Assembly (NCBI GenBank): GCA_013265495.1
Contig: MU058366.1
Location: 62,001-126,000 of the forward strand
Reading direction: 5' to 3'
Origin: Vicugna vicugna
Taxonomy: Eukaryota
Length of the DNA stretch: 64,000 bases
A model generated the notes under the pieces. The model saw only the letters and a program-made list of their open reading frames with translations. It had not been told where the DNA came from and ran no database searches. Both the position numbers and the translations under genes were made by a program. Each line of letters begins with the position of its first letter. Position 1 is the stretch's first letter. Below, piece after piece: positions 28,077 through 43,223 of this stretch.

Positions 28077-28209
28077 ATGATGGAAGGTCTGTCTCAGTGG
28101 TAGAGCGTGTGCTTAGCATGCAGGAGGTCATGGGTTCAATCCCTGGTACTTCCATTTAAAAAATAATTTTTAAAAGAATAAAAAAATAAAGTGGATGTGT
28201 GTTTAAAAA
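28077..28209 (+). mobile_element. Vic-1-like SINE
   Basis: TSD aaga(c/t)tgctgagca. Confidence 0.8.
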
Positions 28210-29964
28210 AAGATTGCTGAGCAAATTCAATCTCCTATGAGAAACATAATTTGTAACGTTAAGCGAACAAACCAATGTAATTTTCTGTCACAAACATTTA
28301 TCAAACATAATCTCAAGATTACAAGAAACAATCTTCAAAAGATATATATTAAAACAAGACTATGTCTCAATATTATAGAAAAATTCTATATCCTTTTTAG
28401 CAAACAGACTGTGTAGAAGCTTAGGTTTACAATGACAAGATACAGGTTAAGTGTGGACTTAACTGCCATGTTTACAAACTGACTATAACTATTTCTAACC
28501 TTCTTCTAATCAAAGGGTAATGACTGACATAACAAGTCCCAGAAATGTGTGGGTATTATGTCATCCATATTGCTAACCAAGACTGAGACTTTCAGTCTCA
28601 TACTCTTCTACAAGTAAGAACAGAATCTTCAAAACATGCTGTCAGAATAGATCACCTACAAAGAACATTTAACTGATATCAATGGTGGTCTCCTGTTCTT
28701 TGTCTAACCTTCCTTTGGGAAACTGCCCCTCACATTCCACTGTATTCCTACTTGGTTCCTGTTTCGTGCACCAAGATTCCTTTTGGTTCCCAAATAAGTT
28801 TGAGTTGGGTTTCTGTCACTTGCGACCCAAAAAGTCTGTTCTAAACTGCAAAATTTCTCCATTGCAATCTTCAGTTCAACAAGACACTGAGGAAACATTT
28901 ACAGAGATGTGAAGGAAACATTTCCTCAGTGCAATCCAAGAAATTTTCAAGCCAGAATATGTATCTATTCCCATACGTCTATTTTTAGACCAACCCTTTC
29001 TCCTCATGTGCAACATCTAAATATTCAAATACCTACTTCACCAAGCTAGCTAATTCCTGTCCATCTCTTAAATATCACTTAATCCGAATCTCCTCTGGGG
29101 ACCTTTTTCCTCCCATGAGTCCCACTCATACAGTGCCTTAACCTTCACTACCTTCTGAAACTCCAATAAAATACCAATAAAATTTAAAAGATTGGGGGGG
29201 ACTTCAGTGTAACAAAATTTTAGAAAGTAGAAAGAATACATAAAGGGCTAACTAACTTAGAAAACCCTAGAAAGCTGAATCCTAGGCTGTCAATTAGGAA
29301 AACCAGAAGCAACTGGATTTACACTACAGAATCTGCCGAAACAGGCAGGAATTGGTCGCTTTGGGTTATTCTGGAAATGGAGGTGAAGATGGGGGGCTAA
29401 ACTAAATAAGATTGCTTGAGAAGCTGTCTAATTAGATAATGTAAGAAATACTTTAATCCTACAATCCTCTTTTCAGCTCCACACAGCAACAGTAGCAGAA
29501 GCCTGGAGGTTAATTCTCTGGAGAGGGTAAGCTGCAAGGTCTAGGAATAGGGAGACAGCAGGCATGGTTGTTTACTGAAAACAGAAGGATCGAGGAAGAT
29601 GCTTACTCAGTCTTGACATTCAGTAGCACACCTTTCTTTCTTACCTCACAGATGGGAGTTACCATACTAGAAGGAGGAATTAACCCTGATGTTCATGAGG
29701 ACTTTGGGCTGCTGCTGCATAGTACAGACAGAGAGGGATATGCTTGGCACTTGGGTGATCCACTGGGGCATTTCTTAGGACTAAATGCATCAGTTAGGGC
29801 TGTGGCCCATCCCACTAACCCCCTTTGTATAAGTTTTTTAGAGGTTATGACCAACCAGAATCCTGGAGAAACCGTCGCAGAATGCAGTGAACCTAATGTG
29901 ACAAATCAGTGGATCTGAGTGGTGCAAGAGGTAGACCATAGCTGTTAAAACATGGTGGCCTCCA

Positions 29965-30710
29965 ACCAGAAAACTACAAGAGCTCATCAATGAATTCAGT
30001 AAAGTTACAGGATACAAATCAATATACAGAAATCTGTTGCATTTCTCTACACTAACAACAAATTATCAGATAAAGAAATGAAGGAAACAATCCAATTTAC
30101 AATCACATCAAAAAGAATAAAATACCTAGGAATAGACCTACCCAAGGAGATAAAAGAGCTGTACTCCAAAAACTAAAAGGCGTTGATGAAAGAAATTGAA
30201 GATGACACAAACAGATGGAGAGATATACCGTGTTCTTGGATTGAAAGAATCAACATTGTTACAATGATCATGCTACCCACAGCAATCTACAGATTCAACG
30301 CAATTCCCATAAGATATACCAATGATAGTTTTCATAGAACTACAACAAATAATTTTAAAATTTGTATGGAGCTACAAATGACCCAGAATAGCCAAAACAA
30401 TCTTGAGAAAGAAGAACAGAGCTGGAGGAATCATGCTTCCTGACTTCAGACTATACTACAAAGCTATAGTCATCAAAGCAGTCTGGTACTGGCACAAAAA
30501 CAGACACATAGACCAATGGAACAGGATAAAGAACCCAGAAATAAACCCACACACCGGTATATGGTCAATTACTCTATGACAGAGGAGGCAAGAATATACA
30601 ATGGAGAAAAGACAGTCCCTTCAATAAGTGGTGCTGGGAAAACTGGACAGCTACATGTAAAAGAATGAAATTAGATCATTGACTAACACTATATGCAAAA
30701 ATAAACTCAA
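29965..30710 (+). mobile_element. L1 ORF2 fragment
   Basis: [38 protein letters not shown]. Confidence 0.9.
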
Positions 30711-32239
30711 AGGGGTATAATTATTTTGCAAAACAATCTGGCATCATCTACTAAAGTTGAGCATACAGCTACCCTATGGCAATTCTGTTGGCTAATGACC
30801 TAGATGTAGAACTGCCATGTGAACCAAGAGACAGGACAACACTGGCTGTAAGAGCTCCAAACTAGAAACAACCTTTATTGTATATATTTCCTGACAGCTC
30901 AGTTTGATTGCTGTACAGTAATCCATTATATAATATATATTACAATTTATTTATCCACTGATTTTTCTCATAGAACCCTGACTGATACATTATCTATGCC
31001 AGTTCTTCCATGGAGGTGATTATCTTTTTTAAAAAAATTGGTTTGTAAGAGTTCTTTGTATGTTAAGGATATTAATCTATTGTCTGTCATACATGTAATG
31101 AAATCTTTCACCTAATTTGTTATTGGCCTTCTATCTATCTTTCTTTACAATATTTTGTCGTATGAAAGATCTATATTCTGATGCAATAAATTTATCAGTA
31201 TTTTCACTCATAGCTTTTGGGTTTTAAGAAATGCTTAGCGTAGCTTTTGCACACCAAGATTATAAAAATATCGACTCATATTTTACTCCAATGTGTATAT
31301 GGTTTTATTTTTGTTTAGACCTTGATCTGTCTAGAATTTATTTTTGTGTGTAGGGCTCTCACATCTTGCCACACTGACATGAATGTCATCTTCATCATGT
31401 ATTGAAGTCCCATATATACACTATTATTAGCTGTGGTAGATACCATGTGGCAAGCAAAATATCTTGGAATTCTTCAAGCCCAAGAGGGTATGACTACCTT
31501 GAGGACGGATTTCAGTATCAACACAGTTGTTTATGCATAGCCAGAAGAAGTGTGCATGCGTAGCTGTCAGAAAGACTGGGGGCGGTCCACTGCAGTAAAT
31601 GATATCATAAGGAGCAGTGGAATTCCATTTGGAACTTCAGAGACCCCAAAGGAAGACTCTGGCCAGCTTCTCCTGAAAGCTCTCTTGGCTCTAAGTCAAC
31701 TTATGGGTAAGTGGCTTCCCAGTTGACACTGGTCTCTTTAAGCCCTATGAAACAGAGGATGAGTGTATCAGTTATAAATGTCTTAAGTAATACAAAATTC
31801 AAATTGGAGTTTCTTTTTCTCAGAGCAAGCAGTTAAAAGGTGGACAGAGAGAGGTGTTGGTTTGGTGGCTTGAAATTGTCAGAATAGATGTACATTGCCT
31901 CATGGCTGCAAGATGGCCCCTCCAACTTCACGTAACACTTAAAGAATATTCAAGGAAGCACAAAGGGAAAATGATAGCACCGACTCTTTCATCAAGACAG
32001 CAGAAAGTCTTCCCAGAAGCTACCTAGTAGATTTCTGTCAGGCTTCATTTTCTAGCTTCATTATCTAATGATGCCATGCAGCCACTGCTAGCAGCAAGAT
32101 GGCTGGGAAAAGGAGGAGTCAGCTTTTCTAGCCTCTCTAGTTGTATGAAATAAGTGAAAAGGGTGTGAGAATGACAGGCAATGAGAAATGTCTGCCAAAA
32201 TTCACCATGCATTCATTTATTCAAAAAAACTTATTAAAA

Positions 32240-32437
32240 GGGGGGAGAGTATAGCTCAAGTGGTAGAGCTCAGCTTAGCATACAAAGGGTACTGGGCTCA
32301 ATCCCCAGTACCTCCTCTAAAAATAAATAAGTAAATCTAACTACCTCCCCACCAATATAAATAAATAAATATATAAAAAAGAAATTTAAAAAATTTTTAA
32401 ACATTTAAAACTTTTAATTAAAAAAAACAAAAAGAAA
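32240..32437 (+). mobile_element. Vic-1-like SINE
   Basis: A/B boxes, long A-rich tail. Confidence 0.85.
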
Positions 32438-32553
32438 AAAAAATTTATTGAGCATCTGAACACCCTGTGTGAACAAAACAGACCAAAATCCCTGCCCTCA
32501 AGGAGCTGACATTTTAATCAGGAAAGACATAATAAAATAAATAAGTAAACCAA

Positions 32554-32685
32554 GGGGAGAAGGCCTAGCTCAGCGGTAAAGCACGCGCTTAGCGTGCATG
32601 AGGTCTTGGGGTCAATCTCCAGTTCTGCTGTTAAAATAAATAAACCTAATTACCTCCTCCCCCCTAAATTTTTTTAAAATAAAAT
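32554..32685 (+). mobile_element. Vic-1-like SINE
   Basis: tagctcagcggtaaag...aataaacctaattacctcc. Confidence 0.8.
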
Positions 32686-33427
32686 AAACATGTGAACTAT
32701 ATACTATACTATATTCTGATGAAGTCCATGGAGAGACATCAAGCAAGTAATCTGATTAGGAAGTTCATGACATAATGATATGATTTTAATAAAGCCTTCT
32801 CAGGAAAATCGTCATTGAGAAGGTGATATTTGAACACCTGAAGGAGGTGAGAGAATGAGTCATGAGCAGATGGAGGGGAAAGCATTCCTTGGAGAGAGAA
32901 TAGCAAGTGAAAAATTCCAAGGTAGGAGCCTGCTGGTTTGTTCAAGACGAAGTGAGGCTAAGTTCCACTCAAACATGGAAGTACGCAGTGGTAACTTATT
33001 GTTGCACAACAAGGACTTTTCTTTTGTGGCAGTACATGGGCACTGTCCCTAACCTAGTAATAAAAATGGCAGCAAGCAGGAAGCTCTGAACTCCTGTGAT
33101 CTGGTGGATTACCCATCCATATCAGATTCACTGGCTCCAGAACTTCTTATCTGCTGATTCAGTAATAAATCCAAGTCAAAAGGAAACAAAACAAAAGAAA
33201 GACATGGGAGTGAAAAAGATGAGATCAAGTTTAGGAGGGAATGTCAGGTATCTTGTCTCCTACAGAAGAGTACATTTTTGTCTTGTGCTCTTTTGGGTCT
33301 TGGAGGGAGGGATGTGGTTCGCTTTGGAAGCTGTGTTCAGGATTCAAGAGTGTCAGTCAGTGAATTATTCTTGTGTTCATGACAGGTGAGAAGTTCTGCA
33401 GTTAAAAAGTAAACCACCATTTTCTAA

Positions 33428-33706
<279 letters not shown>

Positions 33707-34130
33707 TAAAAAATAATGTTTGCAGGAAAGCAAACTATTCTGGTTTCATTCCATTTAGTTCAACAAGCACTTACCCATCTACTGTGTGCCAAAGCCATAA
33801 ACCTTCAACCTCTCCCTGGGGAGACAGAATGACCATTAAAGTGTAGGGGGAGGGATCGGGGAGGATTTGACAAAGGAAGTGAAATGTAGGCTAAACCTGA
33901 TGACCCACTGATCCTTGGCCAGCACTGGAAAGCATGTTGCTGGTGAGTGGGGAATCCTCTTGACTCTTCCATGGGCACATTGGTTTTACCCACATCTTCC
34001 AGTGATCAGCAGACTCCCTCTAAAGTTCCTTCCGCCAGTTGCCCTGGCCTCTTCCTGCTCCAGATGAACAGGAGTACCTCCATCAAAAAAACAAAACAAA
34101 ACAAAAAACAAGCAAAAAAGATATTTGGTC

Positions 34131-34285
34131 GAGGGAGAGTATAGCTCATTGGTAGAGTGTGTGCTGAGCATGCACAAGGTCCTGGGTTCAGCCCTCGGTA
34201 CCTCTACTAAAAATAATAAATAAATAAACTTAATTACTTCCCCCCAAGAAATTTTTTTTAATTAGAAAAAAGATTTTTAAAAAAA
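34131..34285 (+). mobile_element. Vic-1-like SINE in SMIM9 intron
   Basis: A/B boxes, A-rich tail. Confidence 0.85.
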
Positions 34286-34445
34286 ATCTGTGGCAGAGAT
34301 TATTGTTCCTATTTGACATCCAAGGAGACAAAGATGATACCCAACTAAGGATACCTTTTTTTTTTATGTGCATCCCTTTAACCTCTTAGAGGAAGCACAG
34401 CCAAGTAGTCAAGAATATGGGCTATGGGCAACTATGAGAACTTGA

Positions 34446-34673
<228 letters not shown>

Positions 34674-34795
34674 TAAGCTGCCGTGGGATGAGGCGAGGAG
34701 ACGGGACAGGGAACCAGAGGGAGAGACAGCAACAACCCAGTTCCCTGCCCGTCTGCACATCTGTCATTAAGGGAAAGTTTTAAGGAAGGTGATTC

Positions 34796-35285
34796 TGTGA
34801 ACAAAACTCTGAAAGTGTTTTTCAACTGGAAGAGGAGAAAAGTGACACGATGGTTATTGAGCTGTGCAGGCCTGCACTTCTAGCTAACCTGATCTTATGT
34901 CTAACCTGCTACCCCTCCCTGTGCGCGCTTTTCTTGGAATAACTTATCCTTTTACCCTAGAGGTCTTGAAAGAAGGTCATGGACTGAACCTCAAGAAAAT
35001 GGGCAGACCCTCCTCAATTCCTCCATAACCACAACAAATTCTTATCAGGATGAAAGGAATGTAGCCCCTGCTCACACCCTGACTGTCATCACCCCCCTGT
35101 TTCCATTTTTCTATAAAACCCCAAGACACTTAACCCAAGGCGAGCTCACAGTCTTTAACGCATTAGCCTGCTGTGACTCTCCTTGCCTGGCAAAGCAATA
35201 AGGCCATTCTTTTCCAATTCTCCCAAACTTTGCCTCCAACTCTCAATTCAGCTATCGGGGTACAGAGGGCAGTTTTTTGGCAACA
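34796..35285 (+). mobile_element. Solo LTR (ERV1-like) in SMIM9 intron
   Basis: TG...CA ends, TATAAAA ~35112, gcaataag ~35195, terminal ggcaaca. Confidence 0.6.
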
Positions 35286-38007
35286 CAACCCCCTTTTAAA
35301 AAGTCTCCTCATTCTTTTTTCTCCAACCTGCTCCATCCATTACCAACAGCTTACAGGTGACACTTAATCACCAGTGTTTGTGACTGATCATTTGTTTCAC
35401 TAACTTCATTAACTCCCAATTATCCTTCCCTTTGATTTAGGAACTCTCAAGGAAAACATATGATGAATTGTGTTATCAATTGCCTCGCAATTTACCAAAA
35501 TAATTATCTATGTAAATCATATGAAGCCAAAGAGATTCCTGAAATAGCAAACAAAATAGTTAAGCTTAGCTAGAAAAGCCCAAACTCCATTAATTCAATC
35601 ACTATGTACCAAGAGATGACTACTTGCCTGTCTCTGTCCTGGTTGCTAGAGACAGAGAAATAAGATGATCGAATAATTGCAAACTGGTGAGTCAGTGGTG
35701 TGATGGGAGACAGAGTCCAAGTGGGGAAACCCATGAAAGTGTGGGATGGGGTTAAGAAAGGCTTTGTGTAGTAAAGAACTGTTGAAACTTCATAATCTAA
35801 TAAAGGGGCTGAGGGCAAAGATCAGATTAAGGGTATGGCAATCCCAGCTAAGGCTCTTGATAACCTCAAGAATAACCCCAGATAAAGAACCATGTCTAGA
35901 AAACAACCTCTTCTCAAAAGGGAGCATTCCTGCTCCATCTCTGTACAGGGGGTGTGGAGATTAAGGGCAGATAACCTGTTTTCGGCTCAGAGGTCTCTTA
36001 ACCAAGAAGAGCCACACCCAGACTTGAGGGAACCAGATACTCTGGACTTTGAGCTTGACAGAGTCATGATAGAATTTTAGTCTTGAGGGAAAGTTGTATC
36101 ATGAATCAGGTGTTCTGGAAACAGACAGGGAGACAGGAGTTTGGTGGACAGGGTATTATCAGGAATCAGTGGCTGTGGAGGATACGGGAGGAAGAGAGAA
36201 ACAGAACTGCCTTCAAGCCCAACAAAGCTTGGGTGATGCCTTCAGAGTTGTCCTACCTTTATAGCCACGTCTCTGATAGTTGGGAAGTGGGAGGCCCCAG
36301 GAAGTACAGGCAACTCCTGGCAGCTCAGGCAAATTCTGAAAGAGCTAACAGCTGAAGAAAGAAGGGTGACATATTTCTGTGTGCACAGTGGGGCAGCTGT
36401 GTTCCAGGTATGGAAGGAAGAGTGAAACATATCAGGTTGTCAGGAAGACAGGCTGTGCTGGGGACTGGCTATATGTTCACCAACCCTGTTACTTCCTCCC
36501 AAGCACAGAGGAAGACTGCATTTCCAAACAAAAGATGCCAGGACTCAAGTCAATATACAGTGGATTCCATATCTTTTAAGTCTGTGACTCAAATTAAGAC
36601 CAGCAGGCCAGCTGCCTCAGGAACAGCAGAAGTATTGCTTAAACATGCAACATTCAGAGGGACTTCTGTAAAGATAAAGCAGACAACATGCCAAGAGAAA
36701 TACTTCCTTCTTTGAAGTAAATGTCTCAACCTGAGGAGAAAAACCACTAAGTCTTTGCTGGGAACAAGTGAGATACAGCAAAACAAAGGAAGACATTGAT
36801 GAAAAAATATTAAAGGAGATGTGGAAAACAGGCTACAAAAAGCTAGCACTATTAAGTAGAGATCAACAAAAACTTTAGTGAAAGTAAGATTAGAGAAAAT
36901 AAATGATAGATGCAAGAGACATATAATGAATTTCGTGGTGGAAAAGAACCAAAGTAGTACAACAGAAAATACTTAAAGGTGTAATTTTTTGAACATTGCA
37001 GAAATAAAGTAAGGCTTGAGTCTATAATCACAAGGGCACATCAAGTCCCAGGAAAAATTGGCACTTGGTACTGGACACATCGTAGTTTGTCAATAACACT
37101 TGTTGATTTTTTATTAATACATTTCACAGTAAGGACTGCAAACAGTTTCTCTGTGACTCTTTATTCATCCTCTATACACCACTAGCTGCAACTGTAATGA
37201 AGGCTTAAGCTAGCTGCTCATTACCTGAGGAAATCAACATGGGAGCCTGGTTAATCTCTTGGCACTCCAGTGGCAATTAGGGGAACTGACTGGTGCTAAT
37301 AAGTATGTGAAAATACATATGTGAGGAATATTTAGTATGGTTTATAATAATGAAATATAGAACCAGCTTAATGATTCTTGTCTGGTTAAAGAAAGCATGA
37401 AACATTCCTACCATGAGTACTATTTAGTCACCAAACGTTGTAGAAGGATAATGACATGGAATCATATTTTTGAAATATTGTTGAGTGGAAAAAAGCAGAT
37501 TATAACAGGATATATAATTTTACTCAATTTGTTATTTAAATCATATTTAAAAGCCTTTAAAGACCTAGCCGAAGTATTAGATGTTGGTTATCACCTTGTG
37601 GTAGAGAATAGGTGATTTTAATTATGACTATTGTTGTTGTTGTTATTTATTTTCATGTTTATTTATGTCTATCTGCACTTTCCAATTTTTCCACAACAAA
37701 CTATACTGTTTAATTAGTAAATTTTTTAAAAGATACTTTAAAAACAAAAGAAAACTCTCTGACCTTACTTCTACTCTACCTCCACCTCCAATCCCGACTA
37801 TACTAGAAACACATTCTTACTCTTACTTTCTCAAGTCATCAAAGCATTTTCTCTGTATGAAAGCGTGTTCTCCCTAAGAAATCATTTGGTTCATATTCAG
37901 AGAAGAAGCTGTCTAAACTCCTATCTTGGAAAAAGTGATGTAACTACAGAGAGTGTATTGGAATTTAAATTCAGTTCAGTTGTCGTTATTTCCTCTTCCT
38001 TTCCCAG

Positions 38008-38044
38008 TATTCTTATAGGTGAACCAGTCCAATCGAAGTACTAG
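38008..38044 (+). CDS. SMIM9: SMIM9 last coding exon
   Basis: ttcccag|TATTCT; TILIGEPVQSKY* resembles recalled human TILVVDPVH*; total CDS 309 nt; ATTAAA at 38143-38148. Confidence 0.8.
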
Positions 38045-38989
38045 AAGATTCAATCGGGCAAGTGTAGTGTTTGGCTTGCTGGATTCCAAGAGAGCGGAGC
38101 GTGTGCTGTTGGCTTGCAATGAGGAAGTATCTGTCAGGCAAAATTAAATTGTCTTCCATCTCAAACTGTCTTTGCCTTTGTTTTCTCATTTCAAACATGC
38201 AATTGAAAAAATGATAATAGCCTTATTACTGTTTTAATTATAAAACAGTACACAGTTATTGCAAAAAAGTTTATAAAATATAGAAAGAAGAAAACATACT
38301 CATAACTCTAGCACCCAGAAATAAACATTGTTTACATCTTGCTATATCTTCTTCCAAATTTTTCCATGCTTACATTACTGTTACCAAAGTCCTACCCTAA
38401 AGTCATTAAGAAGTCTCCTATATTGTTTTCAAAAAGTTTTATAGTTTTGTCTTTTATATTTAAGTTATTCAGAATAAATTTTTGCATCGTGTGATGTAAG
38501 GTCTAATTTTATTTTTTTTTAATATTGTGAGAAGCTATACTTTCCCACTCATGAACTTTGAACTGAATTCCTGTGCCTAAAGGAAGTTCTGGGGATAGAG
38601 AAAAGCAGATAGTTGCAATAAATTCCAAGAAGCAATAAATTCTGAGGAGCAAAACCAGATTCTGAGCAATGAGCACCCTGAACTGGAACCAGCCAAGCAG
38701 AAAAAGGTGTGGGAATGTTGACAAAAGACCATCCATCCACTGAGTCAGCCAAACTGCCCTCCCGGTACTTTTCCACCCTAAGTTTGCCTCAATAAAAACT
38801 TTAACTAAATTTTGTGCAAGGGAATCACTCACTCTGAAGTTCCTCTGATTGCAGTAGTTTAGATAAAGTACCTACCTTCACCTGTAACCAGTCTTGGTTT
38901 CCCTTTTGATAATATGAATCCTTGATATGCCCCAGTGCCACTTATGCAAATCTGTCCTTTCCCTACTGCTCTGCAATGTCACTTTCGTG

Positions 38990-39440
38990 TTTTTTTAATT
39001 TAATTTTTAAAAATTGAAGTAGAGTTGACATAATATTGTGTTAGTTTCAGGTGTACAGCAAAATGATTCAGTGTATGTATTCCTCTTCATATTCTTTTCC
39101 ATTATAGGTTATAACAGGATATTGAGTACAGTTTCCTGTGCTCCTTATTTATCTCTTTTATATATAGTACTTAGTATCTGCAAATCGAACTCCCAATTTA
39201 CCCCTTCCCACCCCCTTTCCCCCTGGTAACCATAACTTTGTTTTCTATGTCTGTGAGCCTGTTTCTGTTTTGTAGCTAAGTTCATTTGTGTCCTTTTTTA
39301 GATTCCACACATAGGTGATATTATAAGATATTTGTCCTCTGTCTGACTTATTTCACCTAGTATGATAATCTCTAGGTCTATCCATGTTGCTGCAAATGGC
39401 ATTATTTCATTCTTTTTCACTCTTTTTATGGCTGAGTCAT
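38990..39440 (-). mobile_element. L1 3'UTR fragment
   Basis: tgtgttagtttcaggtgtacagc; ccatgttgctgcaaatggcattatttcattc. Confidence 0.85.
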
Positions 39441-40329
39441 ATATATAATATATAATATATATACATATTATAGGTCTTGCTATCTAGAAGACAAGTCCCC
39501 CCCCCACATCGTTCTTCTAGAATGCTTTGGCTATTCTTGTTCTTTACAACTCCACACACATTTTAAAATTCGATTACCCAGTTTCACAAAACATATTTGC
39601 TGAGATTTTAGATTGTCAAGTGTCACAAAACCTATCTGTTGAAATTTTTCATTGGAATTGCATTGATACATATACCTAGGACTGAAATTGGTGGCTCAGA
39701 GGGTAGATGCATGCTCAATTTTCAGAGATAATGAAAACCTGTTTTCCTCAATAATACTACCAATTTGTACTCCCAGGAGCAATGTTCTTGGGCATGGGAG
39801 CCATCAATCATGTGAGCTCAGCGTCTTAGCAGAGAAAACTGGGAGATCTGGCTTCAGACTCTTGCTCTCGGATTTTCCCGTGTTGGCTATGAGGTACTGG
39901 AAGGTGCAAATAAGATTACATAAAGTGATTAAGTGCTTATAATACTGTGAGGTTACTCGCTTGGGGTCAAGGGGGCAAGGCCTTTATCAGGTAAAGATGT
40001 GCACAGATGGTCGGCCGACCTGAGCTCTGTAAGCCAGTAGATGTTTGTTTTGTTCATAAAGTGTTTCGTCATTTAGGCCGCTGTTTTAACGCCACGAAGG
40101 AGCCAGGATATTAAATATTCCACTGATCCATCAATTTTCGGTGGCATTCACAGTAGGAGATGTAGCCTAAGACGAGTAAAACCAGTTTGCTGTTGGAGGC
40201 AATCAGGTCTTCCATCGCTGAACTGCAGACAGCCATGTAAATGACAGGGTACCAGCAGCACAGGCGCTAAGAGGCACTTTCTCAACGTCCTGCGCCCTCA
40301 TGGATTTATGGGTAGAGCCTGGAGTTGCA

Positions 40330-41030
40330 GGGACGGCCGTCGCAGCCCTCAGATGCTTCCCAGCATCCCCCCGAATTCGGCCAGGCTGTGCGTCGGGTGT
40401 TCACACAGCGCGAGTCTGGGGGCCTCTGCGGTTCGGGGGCGGCCTCATTCCTAGGCGCCCCTGTGGGATTCAGCCCCAGGGCCCTCAGCAAGAGCGGCGC
40501 CTCCTTCCGGCGCTCAGGGGACCGGCGTGGGCGGGGCGTGGGCGGGGCGTGGGCGTGCGCGGAGCTCCTCCCGCCCGGCGCGCCGCCTGCGGGGTGGTGA
40601 CGGGCCCGGCCGCGTCGCGTCCCCGCCGCCTCTGCTGCCTCCGCGCCGCAGGCCCCGAGCCCTTGCACTCCAGACTCTGCCGGGCCCCGCGTCCCCGCTT
40701 CCCCGCGTCCCCACGTCCCGGCTCCGGCAAGATGACGCTGAAGGCGAGCGAGGGCGAGGGCGGGGGCAGCATGCGCACGGCGCTCTCCGACCTCTACCTG
40801 GAGCACTTGCTGCAGAAGCGCAGCCGGCCCGAGGTGAGCGGCCCCGCGGGTCTCCCGGGCGCGGAGAGCGGGGCGCGTACTCGTCTCTAGGCCGCGCCGC
40901 CCGCCGCGGTACCTGCCCCGTCTGCGGCCCTCTCCTCGGGGGTTCTGCCCCCGGGGCGGAGGCCGCGGCGGCCATCGGGGTTCGTGCGGGACTTCGGGTC
41001 GTCGCCCCTCGTCGCACTTCCAGATGGGAA
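40330..41030 (+). promoter_or_regulatory. MPP1 CpG-island promoter
   Basis: CpG-rich; tandem GC boxes gggcggggcgtgggcggggcgtgggcgtg ~40529-40557 upstream of the ATG. Confidence 0.85.
40732..40833 (+). CDS. MPP1: MPP1 (p55 MAGUK) exon 1
   Basis: [37 protein letters not shown]|gtgagc. Confidence 0.97.
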
Positions 41031-42209
41031 TCGGGAGAGGCCAGGGCTCTGATTAAGGTCAAGGAAAACTTCTTCATGGACGGAAGTAGGGTAACAGAAA
41101 GACTTGAAGGAACGGATCCAAGAGTGAGTCTGCTTAGTTGTTGTCGAAATGCTTGTTTTTATGTCAGCGGAAAGGCTGGTAAAAGCCGAGCCTGCCTCAA
41201 AAGTGCTCACTCATTGTCCCTCTGCATTTAGGCAGGGCCCCGGGTACTAGGGTGCAGATGGGTGGCCCGTGGCAATTTGTGAGCAGAGGATCATTGCAGA
41301 GGTAATTCTGCCCTCCAGATTCCTGTGATGGCCAGTAATTACTGCTAACCTCTGTCCCCAGGGATGCCCGGAAGGGAGGGTGATCATTTTCTTGTTATCT
41401 CTCAGACTTCTGGGTGTGGCGTGGACCCAGCAAGGTAAGGTTGTCACTCAGGGCCTCTCCCACCCAGGCACTGCCAGCAAATGCTTCCGCACTCACTCTA
41501 AACGCTGAGGCCATCTCCCAATTGGAGCCATCAGCCACGGCACAGGCTGGCGGCCCCCCATGTACCCCAGCCTTCCCTGGCATGGTGGCCAGGCCCCAAA
41601 AGTAAATGTCCACAGAGACAAAGAAACAGAGAGGCAGGCAGAAGCTGTGTTGCCTGTGATAACCCAGCCTCAGAGCTCGCAGACTGGATCTCTTTCCTAA
41701 ACTGCAAGGTCTTCCAGGGCACAGCTGTTTCACCCTCACTTTTTACATTTTAAAAGCCTAGTAAGTGGGTCCTCAGACATGTTTGCTAAATTAATAAGTG
41801 ACTGGAGAGGTCGACATTAGAGATTCAGCAAAAACTTCCACTTTCACAGATGAGAAAACTGAAGACCCATGAGGTAAAGCAGGCTGTAGAGCTGGGGATT
41901 CTGAAACGATAAGCGTCAGAACCCAGGCCAGAGCTTGTATCTGCAGCGCTAAAGCTCAGTGTGCTGTCTGCTTCGCCACATCGTCTCTCCTTTCCACTGC
42001 AGTCAGAGTGCACCCTGCAAACCTGCCTGTCATTTCAAATCAAGACTGCAGTAGTCTAGGCTTAAAGGAGTGGCAGAAGGGGAACAGGTGGTGAAGACAC
42101 TATGGTTGTTCAGATAACAAGACAAAATTAGAAGTTACGCGGTAAAATGTGCACTAGGAGGAAATCAGGGTCTAAAACTACCTGCTACCTCATGAGCTTG
42201 GACATGTGA

Positions 42210-42299
42210 TTTTTTTTATGGAGGCACTGGGGATTGAACTCAGGACCTCAATGCATGCTAAACATTCGCTCTACCACTGAGCTAGACCCTCCCCTAGCC
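42210..42299 (-). mobile_element. Vic-1-like SINE
   Basis: ggggattgaactcaggacc...ctctaccactgagcta. Confidence 0.85.
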
Positions 42300-43223
42300 C
42301 TGATTTTTTTTTTTTTTGATTCCTCAGTCAGCTCACTTGGCTGAGTCTTAACTTTTTCAAAAAAAACTTTCTGAAGTTTACTTTTAGCAACTTCATTGAG
42401 GTATACTTAGCAGATATATAATTCACAAATTTGATTGTACAGTTCCATGGCACTTGACAGATGCATACAATCATGTAATCATAAGCATAATCATAATGTA
42501 GAACATTTGCATCACTCCAGAAAGTTCCCTCGTAGTCCTTTATTAGAGTTATTCCTTCCACCCCTGGAAACCTGGAAACCACCCTGAAAACATCTGGGAA
42601 ACATGAAACTTGGTCTTTTTAAGACTGTCTTCTAGATGGAATCCAACAGTGTGCAGTCTTTTCCGCCTGGCCCCTGCGCTCAGCACAACCTGAGCCTCAG
42701 CGCCCAGACCTCAAGTAAAGCTGTCTGCTCCTCGTGAGTAGGCTTGAGAGACTGTGTGCATTTTTGAAGAGAGGCCCTGTGGAGCTGTGAGTTTGTCCTG
42801 GAATGTTGGAGACAGTCTACTGGTTAGGCAGTTGGTTTGGCTGTATGTAAGGATATGAATAAGAAGAAAACTTGCTAAACTTCCACAGGGTGAGAGGTTG
42901 CTTGACCCCCTGAGACCTGCCTGTCCAGTAGCAGTCAGCATGTTTTCCTGGACAGGCAAGAACCAGGAAAACTTCTAAGGAAGTCACTGGCTTGAGAGGA
43001 ATTCATAAACTTATGTTGCTTCATTTAGGGGGTGTTGCTTTCTACAACAGTTCTAAGCACTCAAAACCCAAAGTTTCACTTCTGATCGTAGTCCACATTT
43101 ACTATTGAAAAAGCATTGTCAAAAGATAATTTTGCAGTAAGTTTGAACTATATCCTGCCTCCTGTATTTAAATATACATTTTCTACCATGGGGAAACTGA
43201 TTTTATAAGCCGTCTCTGGCCTT

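Noticed and set aside
40300..41231. Several 100-230 aa ORFs over the MPP1 promoter
   Set aside because: CpG-island artefacts; only 40732-40833 is MPP1 coding sequence.
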